Part shown: piece after piece, positions 52,624 to 64,000 of the stretch
Numbering within the stretch: position 1 is the stretch's first letter
How the letters are laid out: each line of letters starts with the position of its first letter
Assembly: GCA_028023455.1 (NCBI GenBank)
Contig: JAQFVV010000007.1
Coordinates: forward strand, 7,812,001-7,876,000
From: Epiperipatus broadwayi
Taxonomy: Eukaryota > Animalia > Onychophora
Length of the DNA stretch: 64,000 nt
Reading direction: 5' to 3'
Made by a program: the position numbers and the translations under genes
The notes under the pieces: model-generated
What the model saw: only the letters and a program-made list of their open reading frames with translations
The model's database searches: none
What the model was told of the DNA's origin: nothing

Positions 52624-52832
52624 TTAACATATCATACCACTTGCAAGTTTCTTAAACACTTTATCAATACTCTTTATTTATATCAAAAGTAACAGTTTCA
52701 ACTGTTCTGCAGTCATTATCAGAGCTCTTTACAATCCTATTTCTAAAAACTCAAGTGACAAAATTGTTTTTGATATAAATAAAGAATACTGATAAAGTGT
52801 TTAAGAAAGTTGTAAATGGTATAATATGTTAA
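52624..52832. repeat. Small foldback element (~70-bp arms)
   Basis: TTAACATATCATACCACTTGCAAGTTTCTTAAACACTTTATCAATACTCTTTATTTATATCAAAA mirrors TTTTGATATAAATAAAGAATACTGATAAAGTGTTTAAGAAAGTTGTAAATGGTATAATATGTTAA. Confidence 0.75.
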
Positions 52833-53829
52833 AGTAGAAATCAATACATAGGAAAAGGAAGAAGAAAATTGTATTTCTTCCATAATGATTAACAAGAAGC
52901 AATAACATTGCCTTTAATTTATTGTATTTTAGCAAAAGTTATTGGAGGTATTATTATATTGGTCGAATGAATCACAATATTATCAATTTGATAACTGTTG
53001 TGTCTTCTGGAAACAAAGTGGTCAAAGATCTGCTGTTGGGAGCACCATGCAGAGTAACAATTAGGCTATGCATATATCATTCTATAGCTAATCAAATCAT
53101 GCAATATAACTACTGAAAAAAGCAATTTGATTAATAAGATTAACAAAATGTTTAAACAATAATATCCATTGTCAAATTCTTACACTCATGATATTACAAA
53201 TTTGATACACTAATACTCTCTTCAGCAAATGAACTTCTGACACATCAGTTTAACATTAAATGTTCTATTTTCAGAATTCTTGAAAAATGACTGGTTGACA
53301 CTGAAATGGTTTTTACCATAGCTTAAATAGGTACCACCCTCTTCTCTGCTACAAACCTGTATAATGTCTACTGATTCCTCTCAATAAGAAGACTAATTTG
53401 AAACCACAAAACAATTATTAAAGTTGATTCTTAAAACTAATACAAATATTAATTTTGGCTGTCAAACCCAAAGCATTAAACAAAAATAACACTGTAAACT
53501 GTAAAACTCAGTTTCTTTGCAAAATTGTTGTCAGATTCTTTTCAAATATCCTTTGCCACTTCAGTGCATAAGAATATACATATTAAATGAAAATTGATTT
53601 GTATTTATATTTTGGTTTAATATGACAAACTAAAAATATAATGCTACTATGATTGCTTGTACACTCTCTGCATACATACATACATACATCATCATCATTA
53701 TAATAATAATAATAATAACAACAACATACAAAGGATATGGTAAAATTGAGATGAGGGATATAATTGAAATATTTTTGAAAAGCAATAACCATTTATTCTC
53801 TTACATGGTAATAAAATTGCTTACATACC

Positions 53830-53990
53830 AATTCTATTTTGTGTGAAGAGGATAATGGAATAATATTCAGGTGACAATACGCAATGACTACTTCCTCTCC
53901 TAACAAGGTAATAAAAGTGGATAGATACCGGTACCTATTTTGTATGAAGAGGATAATAGAGTAATGTTCAGCTGACAATACACACCTAGA
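53830..53990. repeat. Imperfect ~100-bp direct duplication
   Basis: CTATTTTGT(G/A)TGAAGAGGATAAT(G/A)GA(A/G)TAAT(A/G)TTCAG(G/C)TGACAATAC occurs twice. Confidence 0.7.
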
Positions 53991-55179
53991 GATTCAGATG
54001 ATGGATATGTCTAGCTATATATATATAATAAGAAAAGAATGCATATGTAGTGAGAAAAAGGGGTCTGTGTGTTCATGCTGTTGAATCATTTACGATAAAA
54101 TTAGTCTATTTTTAACTTCAAAAACCTGGAAAGTTATTTTCCTCAAATCTTTTTACAAAAAAATAAATAAATAAATCTTAATTTTATTATTATAATGCGG
54201 TATTTTTTAAAAAAATAAAAACATTATATACTATATGAAATGAGATGTACTAATAAAAAAAAACACTGGAATATATATATTATTTGTATTATGCATGCAC
54301 ATAAATAAAGGGAAATTACTTATTGAAAAGTATACCTCATTGATTAATATTTCATCTAGAGATTGAATTTCTTCAGAAACTATAGTGATAAAAACAATAA
54401 TCTTAAGTTTTGCTGTAAACCTCTATCTAAAAGAAGAAACAGCTATCTGTATATTTTAATACTCTTCTTTTTTTAAGTATATCCGGGCAGATATCAAAAC
54501 ATTTGAAAAGTATAGACATAATTATGTACAAGTAAAAACAAAACAATTAGTTTTATTTTCTGACTGCAATTATCTTATTCTAAATAACAAAATAATTTTA
54601 ATATTTATCATTAAGTATTGTAAGGTTTCACTTCATTATAACTTAATTATTACTAAAATTCTTTGAAGTTATTACAAATGAAATTATAATAAAAATCAAT
54701 TCCAACAACAATAAAAAAAAAAAAACTTTACATTTATAAAGATAATAGTAATTGACAATAAACAAATTAATATTAGATTTTAAAAATAAATAAATTACAC
54801 TTTTAAGAAATCAAATGAGAATCAATACACACACTTAATGATTATATATATACGTGTCTGTCAAAAGGTCTGAGCTTCATTTTTTTAAATTTGTATTTGC
54901 GCAGGAAACAAACGTTTTATTTTTAATATGGTAATTGCATATTGAAAATGAATCGACTCATATTTTGCATTAGCATCAAGGAAAAAAAATGCTTTAATAA
55001 CTAAAAAAAATTTAAAAAACTATAATGGAATAATTTTAAAAATTAAATCCTATTTCGTTGTTAGAATTTAAAAAGATCTAAAATTATCCATTTTTAAGAA
55101 AAACTCTTTGGTGTATTTTTTTTTAAGATTAACGAACTCAATTGGTACCTCAATAATTTAATTTTGCATTTACTTACAT

Positions 55180-55729
55180 TTTATTATGAGTTGATCTGTA
55201 AGAGTCAAACGTTCTGCACTTACAACTTTGACACCATCCACTTTAGATAGATATACTAAAGAGACATCATCCCCTTTAGATAGACATACTAAAGATTATT
55301 ACCAATCACTTATTACACTAGAGATTATCATATCATTCCTAATACAAACATAAACTTTAAACTATTATCTTTATTGTAAGTTGATCCCCATGTGCCAAAC
55401 TTTCTACACTTACAGTTTTGACACCCTCCACTTTAGATAGATAAATTAAAGATTATTACCCCTTATTATAGTAGAGATTATCATTTCATTCCTAACATAG
55501 ATGTAAACTTTAAACTATTGCCTTTGCTATGAGTTGATATACAGATGTCAAACTTTCTGCACTTAAAGCTTTGATACTATCGACTTTAAATAGATAAATT
55601 AAATATTATTACCAATCACTTATTATACCAGAGATTATCATATCATTCATAACATGGACACAAGCTTTAAACTATTGTCTTTACTATGAGTTGATATACA
55701 GGTGTCAAACTCTCTACACTTACAATTTT
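55180..55729 (+). repeat. ~153-157-bp satellite-like tandem array, left part
   Basis: (ATG/GTA)AGTTGAT recurs at 55186, 55376, 55529 and 55686; each unit contains a GGTGTCAAA/TTTGACACC-type inverted repeat. Confidence 0.85.
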
Positions 55730-57892
55730 CATATAACTTTATATAAATATATTCTTCTTTCTTTTCAAAAAATTTATTGATATACATTATATAAACTACA
55801 TAAATAAAATATAAATATCCAACGTTTCGTCCATTTTTCAATAATAATATGGACTTTATCAAGGTTCTATAAAACAGAGAAAAAACAACATTAAAAATAA
55901 TAAAAAATAATAAAATAAAATACCTATAAACCAAAAAAATGGAAAAATTGTATAACATAACATCTCCTTACAAAGTGAGAAAAATTTTTTTTATACCAAA
56001 AATTAAAATATTCACATAAAAACAGTCAATTTTTTATATAAATATATAAACTACTTTAACATTTTTTTAAACTAGGATTTAAATGTTCTATATAAATACT
56101 CTCTTTGTTAAATCTTTCAAAGTAATTACCAATACATTCCAAAGGTCGAATTTCATAGTCTTTATGTCCTGTTTCCAATTTATGACAAAAGATAGCAGAT
56201 TTCTTATCAATCATATGCTGATATAGTCTGGTCTTTAATTTATTCTTCTTTTCCAATATAGAATACATTTTTTTACAATTCAAACATTTAATTAAATACA
56301 TGAATTCATAGCTTCAAGCATATTAAATTCTTTATATTAATCAAAGATCTTAAAGTTCTCTTCTTTTGTATACAGGTTTCATATTTATACAGTATTTTTT
56401 ATTAATTTTATTTAATAATTCATTTAATTTTAAAAATACAAATTTAGATAACTTAAAACCAATATAAATATTATTCTATAAAAAAATTTTATTTTCCTTT
56501 ATTACCATCATGTTTTTAATTGTTTCATTATTTACATTTTTATTTTTATAAACATTCATACAAATACTATTTCTAATTTTATTCAAATTTTTTGTAGAAA
56601 ACAAATAATTTACAATTCTATATGGATATTCATTTATTATACATTCCTTTTTTATACAATTTATTCTTTATCTAAACTATATTATTTGAACATAATTTAG
56701 CTCTCATTATTCTATTTTTATGATATTAACTTTGCATTTAAAACAAATCGAATTCTTTGTTAAAATCCCTATACATTTTTTCTATAACCTCTCTATTCTA
56801 ATTCTATTATTTTTATAAAATTTATAAATCTTTACATCCATATATTCAATACTATTATTATTTTCTTTTTCCAAAGTAAACTTAATATTTCTATTCTATT
56901 ATTAATAAATTCCAAAACTTAAATGATTTATTCAAATTACCATTAAATATCATGAAATAATCATCTACATAACGTACATAAAACATAGGTTTATGACAAA
57001 CATTAAAAAAATTCTTTTCAAAATTGCACATATAAATATCTGCAAAAATCCACTTAAACATTCCCCATATTTAACCCTTTTATCTTTATAATATTTGTCA
57101 CCAATTTAAAATAATCCTTACAACATAACATAAGAATGTCATGCAACAAAGAAATATCCATTTTAATATTTTTATTTTTCTTCAATATACATTTCCAAAA
57201 ACAATCAATTGCTTTTTCACAATTTATATTTGTGTACATATTAATTATGTCTAGTTTAACAAAGTAAATATTTTTAAATTCTTTCAAACTAAATAAAAAC
57301 TTCTTAATTTTTTCAATAAACACAACAGAATTATAAACTTTGTTCCCAGCAAAACAATTAGTATATTTTTTAAATAAATTAATATAAACCCATTTTGAAA
57401 TATTAACGTAATAAGTGTTAAAACAATCCACTATTGTCTCATAGTATATTAGGTTTATGCACCTTGGCAAACCTTAATTTCAGCACCATAACTCCATCTT
57501 TTAACTAAACATTTCCTTTTTTAATTATTTCTTTATTTTCCATATTGTAATAATTTATTTATCTTTTATTTAAAAAATTACTCATATCTTTTTCTTCAAT
57601 ATACAACTTCTTTAACATTTTATCATTTTTTATTATAATCCTCTATATACATAATTACCCTTTGAAAATTTATCTCCTTTCAAAAAACGATATCATTATA
57701 TTTATTTTTTAAATTATCAATGGTTTTCCATTCATACCTATTATACATATCCTTGTTTATATTATTTTGAAAATCCCATTCTAATTTTTTAAATCCATAC
57801 ACCAAATCACTTTTTAATAATTCTTTATTATCTATTTTACCAAAATATCTTTATCAATATAATTATTAATCATTATCATTTTTGATTTAATT
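55730..57892 (-). mobile_element. Penelope-like element, minus-strand arm (RT, GIY-YIG, 3' UTR)
   Basis: ORF 57054-57470 duplicates the RT text of 58190-59005 with frameshifts; ORF 56056-56301 is GIY-YIG-like (YLIKCLNCKKMY...LKTRLYQH...SAIF.H...KESIYIEHLNPSL). Confidence 0.85.
55819..55864 (-). ncRNA. Decayed HHR at PLE 3' end
   Basis: Minus strand CC-TTGATAA-A-GTCCAT-(14 nt)-ATGGAC-GAAAC-GTT-GG: perfect 6-bp stem II, ACGT palindrome, core positions C3 and G8 mutated. Confidence 0.6.
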
Positions 57893-57897
57893 TCGAT

Positions 57898-59330
57898 AAT
57901 TAAATCAAAAATGATAATGATTAATAATTATATTGATAAAGATATTTTTGGTAAAATAGATAATAAAGAATTATTAAAAGTGATTTGGTGTATGGATTTA
58001 AAAATTGGAATGGGATATTCAAAATAATATAAACAAGGATATGTATAATAGGTATGAATGGAAAACCATTGATAATTTAAAAATAAATATAATGATATCT
58101 TTTTTGAAAGGAGATAAATTTTCAAATGTGGTAATTATGTATATAGAGGATTATAATAAAAAGATAATAGTTAAAAGAAGATTGCTATATTGAAGTTAAA
58201 AAAGATGAGTAATTTTTTAAATAAAAAGATAAATAAATTTATTACAATTATGGAAAATAAAGAAATAATTAAAAAAAGCGAAATGTTTAGTTTAAAAAGA
58301 ATGGATGTTATGTGTGCTGAAATTCAAGGTTTGCCTAAGGTGCATAAACCTAATATACCTATGAGACCAATAGTGGATTGTTTTAACACTTATTACGTTA
58401 ATATTTCAAAATGGGTTTATATTAATTTATTTAAAAAATATACTAATTGTTTTGCTGGGAACAAAGTTTATAATTCTGTTGTGTTTATTGAAAAAATTAA
58501 GAAGTTTTTATTTAGTTTGAAAGAATTTAAAAATATTTACTTTGTTAAACTAGATATAATTAATATGTACACAAATATAAATTGTGAAAAAGCAATTGAT
58601 TATTTTTTGGAAATGTATATTGAAGATAAAAATAAAAATATTAAAATGGATATTTCTTTGTTGCATGACATTCTTATGTTATGTTGTAAGGATTTATTTT
58701 TTAAATTCGGTGACAAATATTATAAACAGATAAAAGGGTTAAATATGGGGAATTGTTTAAGTGGATTTTTAGCAGATATTTATATGTGCAATTTTGAAAA
58801 AAGTTTTTTTAGTGTTTGTCATAAACCTATGTTTTATGTACGTTATGTAGATGATTATTTCATGATATTTAATGGTAATTTGAATAAATCATTTAAGTTT
58901 TGGAATTTTATTAATAATAGAATAGAAAATATGTTTACTTTGGAAAAAGAAAATAATAATAGTATTGAATATATGGATGTAAAGATTTATAATTTTATAA
59001 AATAATAGAATTAGAATAGAGACTGAGGTTTATAGAAAAAAGATACTGGGATTTTAACAAACTGGAATTCCGATATGATTTTAAATGCAAAGTTAATATC
59101 ATAAACAATAGAATAATGAGCATTTAAATTTGTTCAAATGAATATAGTTTAGATAAAGAATTAAATGATAAAAAAGGAATGATAATAAATGAATATCCAT
59201 ATGAATTGTAAATTATTTTTTTCTACAAAATTTGATAAATTAGAAATAGATTTGTAAATTTATAAAATAAAAGTAAATTGAAACAATTAAGAACATGATG
59301 GAATAAAGACGAAAAAATTTTTATGTTATA
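57898..59330 (+). mobile_element. Penelope-like element, plus-strand arm of the palindrome
   Basis: Mirror image of about 56480-57892; includes FLKGDKFSNVVIMYIEDY upstream of the RT ORF. Confidence 0.85.
58190..59005 (+). CDS. Penelope-type reverse transcriptase, partial open frame (TE-derived)
   Basis: GLPKVHKPNIPMRPIV, LDIINMYTNI, YYKQIKGLNMGNCLSGFLADIYM, YVRYVDDYF, FTLEKENNNSIEYMDVKI. Confidence 0.85.
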   Translation: MKLKKMSNFLNKKINKFITIMENKEIIKKSEMFSLKRMDVMCAEIQGLPKVHKPNIPMRPIVDCFNTYYVNISKWVYINLFKKYTNCFAGNKVYNSVVFIEKIKKFLFSLKEFKNIYFVKLDIINMYTNINCEKAIDYFLEMYIEDKNKNIKMDISLLHDILMLCCKDLFFKFGDKYYKQIKGLNMGNCLSGFLADIYMCNFEKSFFSVCHKPMFYVRYVDDYFMIFNGNLNKSFKFWNFINNRIENMFTLEKENNNSIEYMDVKIYNFIK

Positions 59331-59467
59331 TAAAAGAACCATACAAAAGAGCAAGACTGTAATCAAAAGAAAAACTGAAGCAGATCAGTATATAAAGTTG
59401 AAGAAAACAAACCAAAAAAAGACCGACACACAAGAGACCCCAAAACCAGCCGGTATTGTCGACAAAC

Positions 59468-59625
59468 TTTTGACACCACCCACTTTAGATAGATAAATTA
59501 AAGATTATTACCAATCACTTATTATATTAGAGATTATCATGTCATTCCTAACATAGATATAAACTTTAAACTATCATCTTTACTATGAGTTGATCAACAG
59601 GTATCAAACTTTCTGTTATCACAAT
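59468..59625 (+). repeat. ~153-bp satellite-like unit, continuation after the PLE insertion
   Basis: Resumes at TTTTGACACC, the position where the array broke at 55729, in the same orientation. Confidence 0.85.
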
Positions 59626-60129
59626 TTTTTCACCAAACACTTCAGATAATAATGACTATTTAAACTTTGTATCCATCTTAAAGAGAAATAAATCTACTAT
59701 ATATATATACCTATACTTTTATCTTGTGTATTATTGTTTTTGAATATATTTAAAATTTTTGATCTGTCACTCATTCTTGAAACATATAAACAATGATGGC
59801 TGAAAAAGTAAGTGGACTCCTCCTCCCAAAATATATTTCATGATGAGCCAAACTCCTTGAGTTGATCCAAATTATTTTATATTGTTTCAGACTGTGTAGT
59901 GGAAAGTAAGTATTAAATACATATATAAAATAGATACAATATAGAAAAAGGAAAGTTCAAGTATATTGATGACAATTTATGCATATGCTAATAAAAATAA
60001 AATAAGCATTAATTAAGAGAATCTCGGCTTAAATGATAAGATAATCTTTAGTCCAACAAATGATTAGTAATAATCATTAATATATTTATCTGAAAAGAAT
60101 GGAGTAGAATTTGTGAATGCAAAAATAAT

Positions 60130-60680
60130 GGTGCTTGTGCCCCAACTTGTAATAATCACAATAGTTTAAATTTATATCAGGGTTAGAAGTAATATGCTCA
60201 TCTCTAGTTTAATAAATGATTAGTACTAAGCATTATATTTAGTTGAGATTGGACATATCAAAGTTGTGAATGCAAATAGTTTGACACCTGTAAACAAACT
60301 TAAAGTAAAGACAATGGTTTAGTTTAGTATCTGATTTCTAATAATCAACAAAATATTTATTTGAAGTCGATAGTATCAAAGTTACGAAAACAGAAAGTCT
60401 GACACTTGTACCCCAACTTGTAGTAAAGACAATAGTTCAAATCTATATCTGGACTATAAGTAATATGATAATATCTAGTTTAATAAATAATTATATTTAA
60501 TTTAGGTGGATCATATCAAAATTGTAAATACAGAAAGTCTGACACTTCTAAAATAGTGTGTAGTAAAGACAATAGTTTACAGTTTATATGATAATCTATA
60601 GTCCTATAAGTGTTTAGTAAAAATGATTAATTTATTTAGCTAAAATGGATGGTGTCAAAGTTGAAATGCCTAAATGTTTA
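60130..60680 (-). repeat. Inverted, more diverged array of the same satellite-like family
   Basis: Repeated GTAAAGACAATAGTT..., TCTAGTTTAATAAATGATT, TGTCAAAGTTG, GAAAGTCTGACAC are reverse complements of the 55180 unit. Confidence 0.75.
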
Positions 60681-62309
60681 ATACTTGCATACAAAACAAA
60701 TGAAGACATGTGGAAGAGATTGTGTCTTGAAACAACTAAAAAATGCTAATTCTGCACAAAATACTTTGGGATAGAGAGATTTATTCATATTTTTTACATG
60801 ACTTTATTCAAAGTTTTAAGTATATCTTACATTCTACTAAGTAATGGTAACATTCTGTTTTACATCTATTAGAGATCTTATAGATGTAACCCATAATGGC
60901 TACAACCGGCATGTGATACTGATCTAAATCTAAGTGTAAACATTGAAAAAATTTCTTTTTTAATAATTACTATGCAAATATTTTGTAAAAATAATCATAA
61001 ATGTTTAAAATTCATTATCCTTTTAATTGGTTGAAATGTTTCTAATGTTGACTAAAGAAAGAGTTTATTAAATGTGTTTGATTTTATTAAATATAACTGA
61101 ATGCACTCTCAGCTTGGAAAACTAGATTCATAGTGCTTGTAAGTTGGCCAGTGTGGAATTTATTAATGAGGTACTAATTATCTAAATTAGATATTCAAAT
61201 ATTCCACTTATTTATGAGTTGGATACTATTTTCTTTTTTATTGATGGCATAGTTGTTGTTAGCAATAAACCACACCATTCACTTTTCAGCCACATTTAAT
61301 AAAAATAAATACAGATAACAAATCTTTTCTTTAGCCAATGTTAGAAATGTTTTGGCCAATTTATCACAAATCTTTAAATAAATCAATGTTAAATGAGTTT
61401 TTTTTTACTCATTGTTAAAAACAACCAAAGTGAAGTTTACAAGTTTGTTTATACATCCAAGATCAAAGAATCTAATAGTCAGTCATGTTGTAGGCTTAGT
61501 GGACTATTAATATTGTGACATTTTAAAAAAACCAATATTGATTTTTTTCTTTGTTTATATTTAAAAGAGCAATAATTATGGTGAACTTCACTGAAAGTTC
61601 CCTTAGGTTACAAAGAAGGAAGAAACTTTTCAATACTCAGATAAACAAACATTTACAAATTTGAATTTTTTAGATGAATAAATAAATATTTAAACAGGCA
61701 AAGCTCTCCATACAGTAGTGTCTGTTTAATAACAGTTATGTGCTGGCATAAGAGATGGTGATTATGTGATGTTTAGTGGTTCATTAAATATTTATTTTAT
61801 TTACAAATAAATATAAACCCTGTCAGATAACATTAAAAATAGTTTCAAAAGTGATTTAAAGTCAAAGCAAATGCAGTGCCCTTATAGTATTCTATGAAGC
61901 ACTGATAATCAGAATAACATTTAAAATATCCTATGTTTGGTCTGTTCACAATTATTTTGTATAGTCACAAATGTTTTTAATTTTTTTTTTATAATAATAA
62001 ATTGTTGGACTATAACTAAATTATATGCAGCTGCTTTATCTCAATAATTTAAATTTTGCAATTTGTACCAAAATTTTTTGCTAGTAGATATTTTCATAAA
62101 ACCAAACAATATACAATAATACATATAAGAAAATATCATAATGCATATTACTGGCTGAAAATAGATAGGAAACACTCAAATCACTCACCATGATGTTAAA
62201 ATATTTCAGAAATGCTCTCTGTGAATAAATGTAAAGTCTAAACCTGACATTATATTTATTCATAGATGGAATTGATGAAATATCTTAACATCCTGAAAGG
62301 TGATTTGAA

Positions 62310-62357
62310 TGTTATATATATATTAATACTGAGTGTGAACAAGCTTTTCCAAATATA

Positions 62358-62393
<36 letters not shown>

Positions 62394-62425
62394 TACTGAG
62401 TGTGAACAAGCTTTTCCAAATATCA
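62310..62425. repeat. Short tandem duplication around (TA)n
   Basis: TATATTAATACTGAGTGTGAACAAGCTTTTCCAAATAT occurs twice, separated by (TA)n. Confidence 0.8.
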
Positions 62426-62751
62426 TTATCCCCAGATCAATTTCTAACTGTTGGCTGTTGTCAGTGAGGCACTAGGATACTTAGACATTAGATCTAAATT
62501 TACCAATATATATATATTCAGGGATGAAATGTCCATGTATTGAATGGAATGAGTGCTTCCATAGAAAAATTCACTAAAACTTTCAAAAGCTTTAACTAAA
62601 ATTCAATTCAAAAATTACACTAAAATATGTACATATTTAACCTCACAAAATCGATCCAACAAGTTGCACATACAAAAGTGTAGTAATACATTAGGGTATA
62701 TAAACTATTTTGCAAAAACGTAAAAAAAAAAAAAACTCAACTATTTTGCTA

Positions 62752-63262
62752 AACATAAAAAAAAAGAATGAAATATTCAAACTTTTTTTTTATTGTATGA
62801 AATTTCTGTTGACTTTCAACTTTTTTACCAACAGTTGAATTATTTTTATATATGGCCAGGAATATATCTGACCAACTCATTATTATTGGTTGATTATAAG
62901 AAGTTCACACAATGCTAAAATCTAATTTACAATTAAAAGTTAAGAATGTTAAAAGCATTTGCAAGATAAAAATATATTGATAATGTATTATCTATATTTA
63001 AACTAATCACAGTCTGATTAACATAAAAAAAGAATGAATAATTCAAACTCATTATTTTTTGAATGGAATTTCTGTTAACTTTCAATTTTTTTTATCAACA
63101 GTTGAATTGTTTTTATATAAAGCAAGGAATGAGTTTGACCAATGCATTATATGTTGATTATAAGAAGTTCACTCAATGCTAAAATCTAATTTACAATTAA
63201 AACTTAAGAATGTTAAAAGCATTTGGTAGATAAAAATATATTGATAATGTATTATCTATATT
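62752..63262. repeat. Tandem duplication, 268-bp period
   Basis: 62752-62998 repeats at 63020-63262 with moderate divergence. Confidence 0.85.
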
Positions 63263-64000
63263 GTAATGGTCAGATATGTACATTCACATAACAAAATCCA
63301 GAGTCCAATACCCTAAAGCTGATTGAAATGGGATGGTAAGATCCAGAGTCCAAACCAAGCTCCTACTGATTCACCAGCACTCTGTGATTTAACACTATAT
63401 GAGTGACATTTCTGAAGTTACACATGGGTCTTAATTTTAATCGCAATACAGCTCCAAGCAGGGAAAAATATGAGACCCTATGGCTAACCCCACACTTGGC
63501 ACATAAAATTGGACTAAACATTTATTAATGGCTAATATAACATTGACATTTTGTATAATAATATCTGGTAATATAATTAATAAGTAAGTGGATTAAATTG
63601 GGATATGATAAAAGAATAATGAAGACAGAATAAATTTAAATACATTTGATAAAATTATTAGTGACGAAAAACAAAATAAATTAAATTACACTATTTAGGA
63701 ATCACATTGAGATCAAATAGATGTTGGCTGGTGTTATATAATGAAATGCAATTAGTCCATGGAAAGACAATATTTGGACTCATTTAAATGTATTAGCTGA
63801 CTTTCATGCTCAGTGAATAAACCATGCCTATAAGAATTTATTATGCCAATGTAATATTCATTTAATATCACAGTTTTCCAAGTGATTAATAACAATGCTA
63901 AAAAGAAATATAATTTAATTACTACAGCAATAATATTGTGATTGTTTACTAAGTTTCTCTAATATTCGAGCCTAATAATATAGCTCAATAATGATGTGAA

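Noticed and set aside
55730-59330. PLE palindrome as a pure fold-back sequencing chimera
   Set aside because: The flanking satellite resumes colinearly and in phase on the far side, which a fold-back read would not produce. Base-level accuracy of the left arm remains doubtful.

Overview
Very AT-rich eukaryotic (invertebrate, probably arthropod) genomic DNA, almost entirely intronic or intergenic and packed with decayed mobile elements. Only one convincing host exon was found: an 81-bp, phase-0 minus-strand exon (33932-34012) encoding the start of a PTB domain resembling SH2D5. A promoter-like cluster (two CCAAT boxes, CRE, ETS-like and YY1-like motifs) lies at about 38.8-39.0 kb. Mobile elements include three RTE-clade LINE fragments, a 5'-truncated RT plus zinc-knuckle LINE, a near-full-length L1/Tx1-like LINE, a probable solo LTR, two copies of a pogo/Tigger-like MITE, tRNA-derived SINEs and two Penelope-like elements (PLEs). 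The unusual signal is RNA-level. At least five distinct repeat families carry minimal type I hammerhead ribozyme (HHR) motifs, most with a self-complementary stem III. One is a 369-bp-monomer retrozyme-like insertion flanked by a 15-bp target-site duplication. Another is a family of apparent 'foldback MITEs' whose arms are really HHR plus tRNA-like monomers. Most of these insertions, like the two PLEs, are built as tail-outward inverted pairs. All identifications come from manual reading and translation; no database searches or folding programs were run, and TE boundaries are approximate unless termini are quoted.
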